A stretch of 64,000 bases of DNA, from contig JAGLOY010000001.1 of NCBI GenBank assembly GCA_023138735.1, positions 3,626 to 67,625 on the forward strand, given 5' to 3'. The notes under the pieces are model-generated. The model was not told the origin of the DNA and ran no database searches. It saw only the letters and a list, made by a program, of their open reading frames with translations. This document shows, piece by piece, positions 27,906 through 37,200 of the stretch (position 1 is its first letter; every line of letters starts with the position of its first letter). Source of the stretch: Candidatus Aegiribacteria sp. (GTDB taxonomy: Bacteria > Fermentibacterota > Fermentibacteria > Fermentibacterales > JCC-6). A program made the position numbers and the translations under genes.

Positions 27906-29995
27906 ATCATGCAATGCCTGTAATAGCCCTTGCTGGAAATCCGAACTCCGGTAAAACTTCCATATTCAACGCACTTACCGGTGCCAAGCAGCATGTGGCA
28001 AATTATCCCGGAATCACTGTGGAGATAAAGGAAGGGAAAGCCCATTCTGGTGAGTTTACCGCTGAAGTTATCGACCTCCCGGGAACGTACAGCCTCACAC
28101 CCTATTCCCCAGATGAGGTCGCCGCAAGAGATTACCTTCTGGAACAGCATCCGGATGTTGTGATCCATGTCGTGGATGCTTCCAACCTTGAGCGGAACCT
28201 CTACCTGACTACTCAGCTCATGGAGCTGGGAGTACCTGTGCTGATCGCACTTAACATGATCGATATAGCCGAAGCAAGGGGAATAAGGATCGATTCGGAA
28301 GGTCTTTCTCGAATATTGGGAATTCCTGTAATACGAACCATAGCAAACAGGGGAACAGGTTCCGATGAACTTCTGCAGAAAGCTATGAGCATGGCAATAG
28401 AAGGAGCCAGCTGGGTCCCGATAGACCTCACCTACGGTCAGGCTTCCGATGATGCTCTGCGAATACTGGAGAAGAACATAAGGGAAACGGAACTCCTCTC
28501 TGATATGGTGCCTGCAGGATGGCTTGCCCTGAGACTGCTGGAGCAGGATTCACATACAATCAGCAGGATTGAGAAATTGAATTCACCTGCAGGTGATGAT
28601 ATACTGGACAAGGCAGCCGATCTGGCGGACAAAGTATTCAGGGAGATGAACGATGAAACCGAGGGCGTAATAGCCGATCACAGATACGGATATGTCGCCG
28701 GTGTCGTCAAGCGGATAAAAAGCCATTCATCGCTGAACAGGGTATACCTCTCGGACAGGATTGACAGGTTTCTGACGAATCCCATCCTTGGTCCCGTTGT
28801 CATGGCTGCAGTACTGTTCGGTCTTTTCCAGTTCACATTCTTCATCAGCAGTGCACCTATCGCATTAATGGAAGGTTTCTTCAGCTGGCTCCACACCCTC
28901 GCGTGGAGTGCATTGCCCGAAGGATTGATCAGATCAATGGTAGTCAGCGGAGCCATCGACGGTGTCGGAGGTGTAGTAGGTTTTGTACCGCTTATCATGT
29001 TCATGTTCTTTTTCATATCCATTCTTGAGGACACTGGCTATATGGCCAGAATTGCCTTCCTGATGGATAGAATATTCCGGAAATTCGGTCTTCACGGAAA
29101 TTCCATCGTCCCCTTCATCGTATCGGGAGGGATCAGCGGCGGATGCGCGGTGCCAGGCATAATGGCTGCCAGAACACTCAGGGATCCAAAGGAAAGGATA
29201 GCAACAATACTCTCCGTCCCCTTCATGAACTGCGGGGCAAAACTTCCAATATACGCCCTCCTGATAGGGGCATTCTTCTCAGCCAATGAAGGCCTGATGC
29301 TGTTTCTGCTCATTCTCATTTCCTGGACATTCGCGCTGCTCTCCGCAAGGATGCTGCGCTCCACGATTCTGAAGGGTGAATCAACCTCATTCGTTCTTGA
29401 GCTTCCTCCCTACAGGCTTCCTTCAATGAAAAACCTCCTGATACACATGTGGGAAAGAACGTGGCTATATCTGAGGAAGGCTGGAACCGTTATCCTCTTC
29501 GCCTCCGTTGTAATGTGGGCTCTTATGACATTTCCTGCTCTTCCGGCAGAACAGGCGTCATCACTCACAGGTAACGAACTTGCACAGGCAAGACTGTCAT
29601 ATTCAATTGCTGGAAGGGCCGGCAGGGCATTTGAAAGCATAACGAAACCACTTATGGGATTTGACTGGAAAACAGATGTTGCGCTGATCGGTGGATTCGC
29701 AGCCAAAGAGATCGTGGTTTCCACTCTCGGCACAGTCTATTCGATGGGAGAAATTGAAGCCGATGATTCATCATCCCTTTCGGAAAGGCTGGCGGACGAG
29801 GAGGGATGGAACCCGGTAGTAGGATTTGCCCTTATCCTGTTCACAATGCTGTACATACCATGCATAGCCACAATCGCTGTTATCAAACGAGAAACGCATT
29901 CATGGAAATGGGCGGGATTCGCCATCGTCTATACAACGGGTGCTGCGGCGATTGTTGCAGCAGTTACGTACCAGATCGGGATGCTGTTTCAATAG
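27902..29995 (+). CDS. feoB: Ferrous iron transporter FeoB
   Basis: G-domain IALAGNPNSGKTSIFNALTG, DLPGTYSL and NMID, followed by a polytopic membrane domain. ATG 27902; the longer track ORF (27674) is an in-frame upstream read-through of the feoA region. Confidence 0.95.
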   Translation: MNHAMPVIALAGNPNSGKTSIFNALTGAKQHVANYPGITVEIKEGKAHSGEFTAEVIDLPGTYSLTPYSPDEVAARDYLLEQHPDVVIHVVDASNLERNLYLTTQLMELGVPVLIALNMIDIAEARGIRIDSEGLSRILGIPVIRTIANRGTGSDELLQKAMSMAIEGASWVPIDLTYGQASDDALRILEKNIRETELLSDMVPAGWLALRLLEQDSHTISRIEKLNSPAGDDILDKAADLADKVFREMNDETEGVIADHRYGYVAGVVKRIKSHSSLNRVYLSDRIDRFLTNPILGPVVMAAVLFGLFQFTFFISSAPIALMEGFFSWLHTLAWSALPEGLIRSMVVSGAIDGVGGVVGFVPLIMFMFFFISILEDTGYMARIAFLMDRIFRKFGLHGNSIVPFIVSGGISGGCAVPGIMAARTLRDPKERIATILSVPFMNCGAKLPIYALLIGAFFSANEGLMLFLLILISWTFALLSARMLRSTILKGESTSFVLELPPYRLPSMKNLLIHMWERTWLYLRKAGTVILFASVVMWALMTFPALPAEQASSLTGNELAQARLSYSIAGRAGRAFESITKPLMGFDWKTDVALIGGFAAKEIVVSTLGTVYSMGEIEADDSSSLSERLADEEGWNPVVGFALILFTMLYIPCIATIAVIKRETHSWKWAGFAIVYTTGAAAIVAAVTYQIGMLFQ

Positions 29996-30030
29996 AACCT
30001 GAAATTATCTAGATCACAAATCCAGGAATG

Positions 30031-31320
30031 TCAGTTTATGTAACCAAGATCACGAAGTGTTCTATCTATTTCCTCAGCGTTGTTAGCTGTGGGTGGATTG
30101 AACAGAGGTGGAGTCGACCAGTACTGCTCAAGATCGGAAAACATATCTGAATCCGGTGTGAGTGGAACCAGTTCGTGTGGATCATTAATGAGGTCATGCA
30201 TAACATAATCATAGGTGTCCATATCACCGATGATCTTACGAAAACCACAAAGGACGGAAGCTAGATTCAGTCCTCGAAGACCGCTCGAAGGGATGATTCT
30301 GTTATCGCTGATCTCGTCGAGAAGACTGATTCCATCCAATGATCCTGGATTCTCTAGATTAAGATAATCCAGAACTGTGGGAAGAATGTCGAACTGACCA
30401 ACCGGTTCTGTCACAACTACGCCCGATGCGAAGTTTCCTCCGCTGATAATCAGGGGCACGTGAAGGAGCTCCTGGTAAAGAGTATGCCCATGCCCACCGG
30501 TGCCATGATCAAGGAATTCTTCACCGTGGTCTGCAACGACTATGATCAGGAGTTCATTGGAAAGACCCATCTCTCTTATCTCTGAAAATAACCGTCCCAA
30601 CTGCACATCAACCGAGCGAATCTCTCCGTCGTACATGTTTACAAGATGATCTCTGTCCTCGGGATTAAGAATTATACTCCGATCATCCTGATCCCTGAAC
30701 CAGACTGTACCCCCGGAAACCCCAATCTGTGAATATTCAGTATCGTATGGCTCGGGAGGATTGTGGGGAGCATGAGGATCCATAATATGAATCATGAGAA
30801 AGAAGGGTTGGGTGGCAATGGTATTCAACCATTCAATAGCTTCGTTTACAGTCTCTTCTGATCGGCCATCTCCCTGAGGATAAAAACTGTAGTAATCCAT
30901 ATAATCGGCAAAGCCAAGTGTTTGGCTCAGCAGAGGATTGTTGACAATACCTGCTGTCATATAGCCTGCTTCAGAAAGAATTTTTGTCAGTGTATTTATG
31001 GTAGGATCAAGGCGGTACGTGTCCCGTTGACTGGTGGTCGTGCCGTGTGATTTTGTCGTGAGACCCGTAAGGATAGATGCGCATGAAGGAAGAGTCCATG
31101 GTGATTGCGCCTGGCATCTTGTGAATATCGTACCCTGTTCTGCCAGGCTGTCAAGAACCGGAGTTGTCTCTCTTTGATAATCGTAGCAACTCAAGTGATC
31201 TGCCCTTACCGCGTCCAGTATTATCAGGAGAACACTGTGTTCCTGATGGTTGCTGCCACAGGATATCAACAAGACGATCACTAGAAGTGGTATGAAAATA
31301 AAGACTGATGTTCTGCTCAT
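30031..31320 (-). CDS. Sulfatase-fold (alkaline-phosphatase superfamily) lipoprotein with Thr at the nucleophile position
   Basis: LIILDAVRADHL...TPVLDSLA..SPWTLPSCASILTG..ADHGEEF..GHGH. Lipobox LLISC. It lacks the C/S-x-P-x-R formylglycine signature. Confidence 0.75.
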   Translation of the reverse strand: MSRTSVFIFIPLLVIVLLISCGSNHQEHSVLLIILDAVRADHLSCYDYQRETTPVLDSLAEQGTIFTRCQAQSPWTLPSCASILTGLTTKSHGTTTSQRDTYRLDPTINTLTKILSEAGYMTAGIVNNPLLSQTLGFADYMDYYSFYPQGDGRSEETVNEAIEWLNTIATQPFFLMIHIMDPHAPHNPPEPYDTEYSQIGVSGGTVWFRDQDDRSIILNPEDRDHLVNMYDGEIRSVDVQLGRLFSEIREMGLSNELLIIVVADHGEEFLDHGTGGHGHTLYQELLHVPLIISGGNFASGVVVTEPVGQFDILPTVLDYLNLENPGSLDGISLLDEISDNRIIPSSGLRGLNLASVLCGFRKIIGDMDTYDYVMHDLINDPHELVPLTPDSDMFSDLEQYWSTPPLFNPPTANNAEEIDRTLRDLGYIN

Positions 31321-31534
31321 AATTTCTCATTTCAATAGATCCGGCTTTTCTTACCGATACCTGGTCAGTAAAATTAACAATGCAATCCGATCACAAATAT
31401 GACACATTTACAATAGAATAGTTTCCGTAATTCTTATACTATGATTCAATAAAATATAACAAGTTCCTCACAGCGTAAGTAATGGAGCAATCAAGGCAAA
31501 TCGCTACCGACGCATTCATCAGACAGGGGGTTGT

Positions 31535-32797
31535 TTAGATCACAAATCCGGGTTCGAGCATGGTATTTTTTGGAATGACAATGATACCGTCGCGAATACA
31601 GAAGAGTTCTGAAGAGTATTCCTGAATACCCTCTTTGTTCTCCAGTCTGCATCCATCACCTATTCTGGCATTTTTATCGATGATCGCATTCTTTATGACG
31701 CAATTCTCCCCTATTCCGAGGGGCAGCATCTCACTCCGAATATTCCGAGGATCAAGGTAGTGACCCTCCCAGTAATCCGACCCGATGAACACACATTTTT
31801 CCATCACAGTTCCGGTGCGGACCTTTCCGCGCAACCCCACAATACAATCGCTGAACGATACACCGCTTACATCGGAAGCGTCGCATATTATCGTATTTTC
31901 CATGCTGCAGTTATTTATCCTTGCCCCGGGAAGAGCCCTTGCCCTGGTATAAAGTGGAGAGAAGCTTGTATACATATCAAAATCCGGGTCGGGGCGCGCC
32001 ATATCAAGATTGGCCTTGAAGAAACTGGAAATGGTTCCGATATCGGACCAGTAACCGTCGAACATGTACGAAGCCAATCTGTATGACCCTATGGAATGCG
32101 GTATGATCTCCTTCCCGAAATCAATAACATCAGGTTCCTTCTCAAGCACTTCTCTGAGAATATTGGGAGAAAACATGTAAATTCCCATACTTCCCAGAAA
32201 TGGTTTTGTGGTGGTGGTTCCGTCCTGAGTGCTCATCAGCTCTTCGAGTTCATCTTCAGGCGGTTTTTCTCTGAACCTGGTAATAAGACCGTCACCACCC
32301 ACTTTCATGATACCCAGGGAGGGGGCTTCGGAAGCAGTGACAGGTTTTGTAGCGATGGTGATATCAGCATTACTGCTTTCATGACACCTGGCGAATTCTC
32401 TGAAATCCATTCTGTAGAGCTGATCACCGGATAGTATAAGGACCAGATCCGGATGCTGGCTGTTGATGTACCTGAGGCTTTGTCTGACCGCATCGGCGGT
32501 TCCCTGAAACCACTCCTTGTTTTCATCGGTCTGTTCGGCTGCGAGAATGGAGACAAAACCGTTCGAAAACCGGTCAAACCTGTAAGTACGTGCCACGTGG
32601 GTGTTAAGACTCTCACTATTGTACTGTGTAAGGACCAGCATGTGTCTGATCTGATCGTTGATGCAGTTCGAGATCGGTATGTCAATAAGCCGGTACTTGC
32701 CACCGATAGGAACGGCAGGTTTGCTCCTGTCCCGGGTAAGGGGGAAGAGTCTTGTTCCCCTTCCTCCTCCAAGAATCACTGCAATTATCCTTTTCAT
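31535..32797 (-). CDS. glgC: Glucose-1-phosphate adenylyltransferase
   Basis: AVILGGGRGTRLFPLTRDRSKPAVPIGGKYRLIDIPISNCIN and EKP motifs, with a left-handed beta-helix C-terminus. Confidence 0.93.
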   Translation of the reverse strand: MKRIIAVILGGGRGTRLFPLTRDRSKPAVPIGGKYRLIDIPISNCINDQIRHMLVLTQYNSESLNTHVARTYRFDRFSNGFVSILAAEQTDENKEWFQGTADAVRQSLRYINSQHPDLVLILSGDQLYRMDFREFARCHESSNADITIATKPVTASEAPSLGIMKVGGDGLITRFREKPPEDELEELMSTQDGTTTTKPFLGSMGIYMFSPNILREVLEKEPDVIDFGKEIIPHSIGSYRLASYMFDGYWSDIGTISSFFKANLDMARPDPDFDMYTSFSPLYTRARALPGARINNCSMENTIICDASDVSGVSFSDCIVGLRGKVRTGTVMEKCVFIGSDYWEGHYLDPRNIRSEMLPLGIGENCVIKNAIIDKNARIGDGCRLENKEGIQEYSSELFCIRDGIIVIPKNTMLEPGFVI

Positions 32798-32899
32798 CTG
32801 TCCCCCCAGGTTGATCCTAATGCAATAGAATCATCCCATTGCGGATAGTCAAGGAGGTGGAAATATGGCGATTGGCACATTAATATATTTATCGAATAT

Positions 32900-32927
32900 T
32901 TGACATTTTTAAATGTTTTTGTATAAT
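32900..32927 (+). promoter_or_regulatory. Consensus sigma70-type promoter of the DUF2089 operon
   Basis: TTGACA (32900-32905), 16-nt spacer, TATAAT (32922-32927). AGGAGG lies 6 nt before ATG 32953. Confidence 0.6.
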
Positions 32928-32952
32928 TTCTTTAAGATATAGGAGGTTAGAT

Positions 32953-33303
32953 ATGGATATTGGTAATGCGAAATGTCCTGACTGCGGAAAATCGATGACG
33001 CCGGTTACCTGTGAATGTCAGTACTGCGACATAAGGATGGAGGGGAAATTTACGGTTTCAATTCTCTCCCAGCTGTCCTCCTCAGACCAGGCGCTCGTAA
33101 TAGCATTCTTGCGCAGTTACGGTTCTATAAAGAAGATTCAGAAACTCCTTGGCGTGAGCTATCCCACTGCAAGGGTTCGTATCGCAGATTTGATACAGAG
33201 GCTGGATTCAACTATGGAGGTAACAGAGAATATGGAAAGTCAGATCCTTGAGCAACTAGAACGGGGAGATATCTCCTTCTCCAAAGCGATGGAGGAACTC
33301 TGA
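32953..33303 (+). CDS. DUF2089-family protein (Zn-ribbon plus HTH)
   Basis: CPDCGKSM..CECQYCD is a CxxC...CxxC ribbon. LSSSDQALVIAFLRSYGSIKKIQKLLGVSYPTARVRIADLIQRL is a sigma70-region-4-like HTH. Confidence 0.7.
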   Translation: MDIGNAKCPDCGKSMTPVTCECQYCDIRMEGKFTVSILSQLSSSDQALVIAFLRSYGSIKKIQKLLGVSYPTARVRIADLIQRLDSTMEVTENMESQILEQLERGDISFSKAMEEL

Positions 33304-33560
33304 TGCCTGCCTGCATACTCCTGCTCAGAATCAAGAAATTCTTCATCCCGCTGCCCTGGTTCCTCGTCTGGTGTCTTGGGGCACCTTTTGTACTTTTAGG
33401 GTGGTTCTTGGGGCATATCTGGCTGATCTTCGACCCTGACAGTTATCCAATGCGCGCTGCCAGTGAATCGTGGAGGGTTCTCATGCTGCTGATGAACCTT
33501 CATGGAACCGAAGTGAAAGTCGATACTGGTACCGAAAACATCTTGATAAAGTTCATATAA
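33303..33560 (+). CDS. Small membrane protein (2 TM), unknown function
   Basis: 85 aa, hydrophobic FFIPLPWFLVWCLGAPFVLLGWFLGHIWLIF. The TGATG start overlaps the upstream stop. Confidence 0.5.
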   Translation: MPACILLLRIKKFFIPLPWFLVWCLGAPFVLLGWFLGHIWLIFDPDSYPMRAASESWRVLMLLMNLHGTEVKVDTGTENILIKFI

Positions 33561-33581
33561 CCCTTAAGAAAGGGGAATACA

Positions 33582-33995
33582 ATGAAAAACGATTCACACA
33601 AAAAAATCCTGGAAATGCTCTCCGACGGCAAGATCACCGTTGAGGAAGCTACAGCGCTTCTTTCAAAACTTCAGGATCCTGAGACTACCGACGATGAGAT
33701 CATCGAATCGGAATCCGGAGAAGTCAGAAAAAGAGCTCCAAAGTACCTGAGAGTAGTGGTTGACTCTTCCAACGGAGACAAAGTTAATGTAAGGGTCCCC
33801 ATGAGCCTTCTAAAGACAGGCATAAAGCTGTCAGCCCTACTTCCTGGCAATGCCGCGGAACAGATGAGCAGTCATGGGTTCGACCTGTCCCAGCTCTCCA
33901 AACTTGACGGGGATGAACTCATCGAAGCTCTGAGCGATCTTACGGTCGATGTGGACAGCGCCGATGGAGACAAGGTCAGGGTTTTTACCGAATAG
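33582..33995 (+). CDS. SHOCT-like domain protein (common DUF2089 partner)
   Basis: N-terminal KILEMLSDGKITVEEATALLSKL is a SHOCT-like motif. Repeated ..GDKVNVRVP.. / ..GDKVRVF.. segments. GGGGAA precedes the ATG. Confidence 0.55.
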   Translation: MKNDSHKKILEMLSDGKITVEEATALLSKLQDPETTDDEIIESESGEVRKRAPKYLRVVVDSSNGDKVNVRVPMSLLKTGIKLSALLPGNAAEQMSSHGFDLSQLSKLDGDELIEALSDLTVDVDSADGDKVRVFTE

Positions 33996-34030
33996 ATAAC
34001 GCTCTTTCTTCAGTTATACTTTCGTTCAAA

Positions 34031-34891
34031 CTAATGCAGTGGAATGTTAAAGTTTCTGTGCCTGATAATCGAGTTATCAATAATGCACAATCCGACGAGA
34101 CCCAGATCTACAGTAACACCTACTCGTTTGTCTCCGGCAATGGTATTCCAGGCTCTTCTCATACCTTCAGACCAGGTAATGTCATCGAAAACAAGAAGTG
34201 CTGTTTCACCAAGAAAGGGAAGAATCTGTTCAAAGTATGCCAGAGTTGCATGCTCATCGTGGTGACCGTCAATAAAAACGAAGTCAACCGGCCTCCGGGC
34301 GGCAAGGACATCGGCAAGTGTGTCCTGAAAGTTCCCGACTGTTATTGTAACGGAATCGAGACCGAGTTGCTGGAAGTTATTTCTGGCAATGTCTGCGAGT
34401 GAAGCTGCCCCCTCGAGTGATACCAGTGAACCATGTCCGTTCAAAGTCAATGCTGCGGCCTGGCAGGCTGCCGACAGGCCTACTGCTGTTCCCATTTCGA
34501 TGCATGAATCAGGCTGGATGGTTCGAATGAGTTTGAACAGTAACAGACACCAGAAGGAAGGCTTGCTAGCAACTTGACTGATATGGCCAAGTGTATCCGT
34601 CACTTCAACACCAGCTCGCATTTCATCCAGTTTCAGATTCGAATCATGATTTCTAGCTCCATAATCCATACGAGTGATCTGCATGGTTGATGAATTCATC
34701 TCGGTACGCAGATTCTCTACTCGGTCGATCCAGTATTCTTCTTCAGGTGTCAGAGAGCACTTCAATGCTGCTCTGACACTTTGCTGGATAGATCGCGAAA
34801 TACGATCTCCATTACGACTTAGACGGTACAGGTTCAACGATCGTTCAAACATTCGGTGAGGTTTGCGAACAGCCTTAGAAATGATGGACAT
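34031..34891 (-). CDS. Class I SAM-dependent (O-)methyltransferase with ~100-aa N-terminal extension
   Basis: CIEMGTAVGLSA (motif I), VDFVFIDGHHDEHATLAYFEQILPFL, and LLVFDDITW. Confidence 0.7.
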   Translation of the reverse strand: MSIISKAVRKPHRMFERSLNLYRLSRNGDRISRSIQQSVRAALKCSLTPEEEYWIDRVENLRTEMNSSTMQITRMDYGARNHDSNLKLDEMRAGVEVTDTLGHISQVASKPSFWCLLLFKLIRTIQPDSCIEMGTAVGLSAACQAAALTLNGHGSLVSLEGAASLADIARNNFQQLGLDSVTITVGNFQDTLADVLAARRPVDFVFIDGHHDEHATLAYFEQILPFLGETALLVFDDITWSEGMRRAWNTIAGDKRVGVTVDLGLVGLCIIDNSIIRHRNFNIPLH

Positions 34892-35133
34892 GAGAACCTC
34901 CCGTTTACTCTGGTGTAAAATAGTACACTTAAGAAGAATGTAACAATAACACTACCATAGAAGAGGCATATTTGCAATAATCCTGTAAGATAATATGTGT
35001 CGAATGAAAACCGGTCAGGAATGACGGAAAGAGAAAAACCAGATCTTCACCGAATAGAAAGGACGGGTTATCTGACACTTGACATTACGCTAGTATATTC
35101 CCCTTCTCTATTAGATGTAGAAAGGAAATATCC

Positions 35134-36123
35134 TTGAAAATTGCCCTTGCGGGAAAACAGGGCTGCGGCAGGTCCACTCTATTCCGTGCACTTGCTGGTT
35201 CCCCGGAAGCTGACTCGGGGAAACCTCTTACGGTTAAGGTTCCAGATCACAGACTGGACTTTCTTGAGCGCATCCATAACCCGCTTAAGAATATTCATGC
35301 AACGGTTGTATTCTTCGATGTTCCAACCCCCTCCTTCTCATCGAAAAATCTGACTCTTATCAGGAATGCTGCGGTACTGACGATAGTCCTTGATAACTAT
35401 GCGCTGGGTGATACCGTAAACGATTTCAATGAGATCGAATCGGAGCTCATTCTGAACGATATGGCCCTGTGTGAAAAAAGACTGGCTCGCCTTGTCAAAG
35501 AGAGCAAAGGTAAAACCAGGGAAGCCCTTCTACTAGGGAACCTTCAGAAGCATATGGAGAATGGCAGCCCTCTGCGAATTTTTAACCTTGATAAAGGAGA
35601 AGCTGCAATTCTGGCTCCTTACGCCCTTCTCTCCCTAAAACCTCTTATAGTGGTTTCCAATAGAATGGGTGATCCAATAACTCCTGATGATGAACTGTCC
35701 GCTGCAGTATCTGAACATGGAGGAATCCTTCTCGCTATCGATGCAGGATTCGAGCTTGAACTTACCGAGATCGATGAAAGTGAACAGGCTCCTTTTCTTG
35801 AATCAATGGGCTATTCCTCCAGCGGACTCTCCCGGCTGATCAGATCGGCGTATTCAACACTTGATCTTATAGTCTTTTTCACCATTGGAAAGGATGAAAC
35901 AAGGGCATGGCCCATTAGAAAAGGTTCAACTGCTCTGGACGCTGCGGGAATCATCCATTCCGACCTTGAAAGAGGCTTTATCCGTGCAGTTGTCGTACCT
36001 TGGGAGCTTTATCATGAGCATCCTGACAGAACGCTGCTGAAGGAAAAAGGAGAACTCCGGATCGAAGGAAAGGAATACACCGTTGAAGATGGTGATCTGA
36101 TAGAAATTCGATTCAACGTCTGA
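35134..36123 (+). CDS. YchF-family (Obg-like) P-loop NTPase, divergent, with Walker-A Lys replaced by Arg
   Basis: TTG start. MKIALAGKQGCGRSTLFRAL. C-terminal YchF/TGS-like FFTIGKDETRAWPIRKGSTALDAAGIIHSDLERGFIRAVV. The last 101 nt are duplicated at 39141. Confidence 0.75.
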   Translation: MKIALAGKQGCGRSTLFRALAGSPEADSGKPLTVKVPDHRLDFLERIHNPLKNIHATVVFFDVPTPSFSSKNLTLIRNAAVLTIVLDNYALGDTVNDFNEIESELILNDMALCEKRLARLVKESKGKTREALLLGNLQKHMENGSPLRIFNLDKGEAAILAPYALLSLKPLIVVSNRMGDPITPDDELSAAVSEHGGILLAIDAGFELELTEIDESEQAPFLESMGYSSSGLSRLIRSAYSTLDLIVFFTIGKDETRAWPIRKGSTALDAAGIIHSDLERGFIRAVVVPWELYHEHPDRTLLKEKGELRIEGKEYTVEDGDLIEIRFNV

Positions 36124-36142
36124 TCAAACCAACAGGGAACCT
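36023..36142 (+). repeat. Direct repeat copy 1 (3' end of the YchF-like gene plus 19 nt)
   Basis: 120 nt, with 112/120 identical to 39141-39260 by my manual alignment. Confidence 0.9.
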
Positions 36143-36444
36143 GACCGACATGGCGCAGACTGCAGTGTCGAGCTTCGGAAAAGCTTTGCAGATGCGCCTG
36201 GGACTCACTCACAATGTTTCCTCATGAAGCCCTTGATCGCAGGGATGCTTTTCCGGCGGTAAAGCCATTGGAACTTGTCTGCGAGCCATTACATTCGCGA
36301 ATATCAGTTCCATGGCAGGACGATGTCCCTGAAATAGAGGTCGGGTAAGTTGTCAGTAAGAAATCTCTATACTGAGAAGCAAATCTGATAAAGTGCCTGC
36401 AAGTCTAATGGAACAGCAAGGAGAATTCGAACATCAAATGAGAT

Positions 36445-36480
36445 ACCCCGCTATGAAAGTAACACATCATTCAGCGGGGT
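36445..36480 (-). terminator. Probable terminator hairpin after the OMP gene
   Basis: ACCCCGCT (36445-36452) pairs with AGCGGGGT (36473-36480). The loop is 20 nt, which is large, so this call is tentative. Confidence 0.35.
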
Positions 36481-36512
36481 AACTTGTCAGATTAAACAGG
36501 TTTAGGGCGAAG

Positions 36513-37109
36513 CTACAGGCTGAAGCCGTATCCTGCCATGATCATGATCCCGGTATTCTTCACATCCTCCTCATCAGCTGTATTATCGATGCTGGTAAGA
36601 CCAAGGGTATACCTTGCGTCGAACGTAAGCTCACCGACAAGCAGGGAATAATCGACACCTGCTCCAACGACCAGGCCAAAATCAGTTGTTTTCAACGAAT
36701 CCGAAATGTCCTCTTCAACATCTCCCATATATACATCTGCACTCATATTGAATCCTACGTAGGGTCCTGCAAAAATGTTGGGTGATATGGGTCCCAGTGT
36801 AGGTATGGAAAATTTTACCAGAAGAGGAAGATCTATATAGGACATCCTCACACCGCCATCGCTTATTGATTCAAACTCATATCCCTTCATTACATATAGG
36901 AGTTCGGGCTGGATACTGAACGGTCCACCAACGGGAATGTTCAGGAAGGCACCACCGCCGAAGCAAACCTTCATCTCGTTATCCTCGATATCGTCACCAG
37001 CCATGTTAGCAAGGTTAAGTCCGCCCTTGAAACCAAGGGTCAGAATTTCAGAGAGAGCCGCACCGCTGAAAAGAGATACCAGCATCAGGATCAGGATCAA
37101 TCGCTTCAT
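36513..37109 (-). CDS. Outer-membrane beta-barrel protein (OmpA-like/porin family, PF13505-type)
   Basis: Signal peptide MKRLILILMLVSLFSGAAL. Alternating amphipathic strands and a terminal MAGYGFSL. Confidence 0.7.
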   Translation of the reverse strand: MKRLILILMLVSLFSGAALSEILTLGFKGGLNLANMAGDDIEDNEMKVCFGGGAFLNIPVGGPFSIQPELLYVMKGYEFESISDGGVRMSYIDLPLLVKFSIPTLGPISPNIFAGPYVGFNMSADVYMGDVEEDISDSLKTTDFGLVVGAGVDYSLLVGELTFDARYTLGLTSIDNTADEEDVKNTGIMIMAGYGFSL

Positions 37110-37200
37110 CTTTACCCTCCTTCTGGGTACTTGTGCTAGGTCTACCGTATGTAAATTCTATTTCCGCATCATTTTGTCAAGGGCATCTAAATTCTTATAA

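Noticed and set aside
31386-31400. A third partial copy of the GATCACAAAT core (ccGATCACAAATatg) inside the AT-rich region upstream of the sulfatase-like gene.
   Set aside because: Only 10 nt match, which is well within chance expectation. It was not used as evidence.
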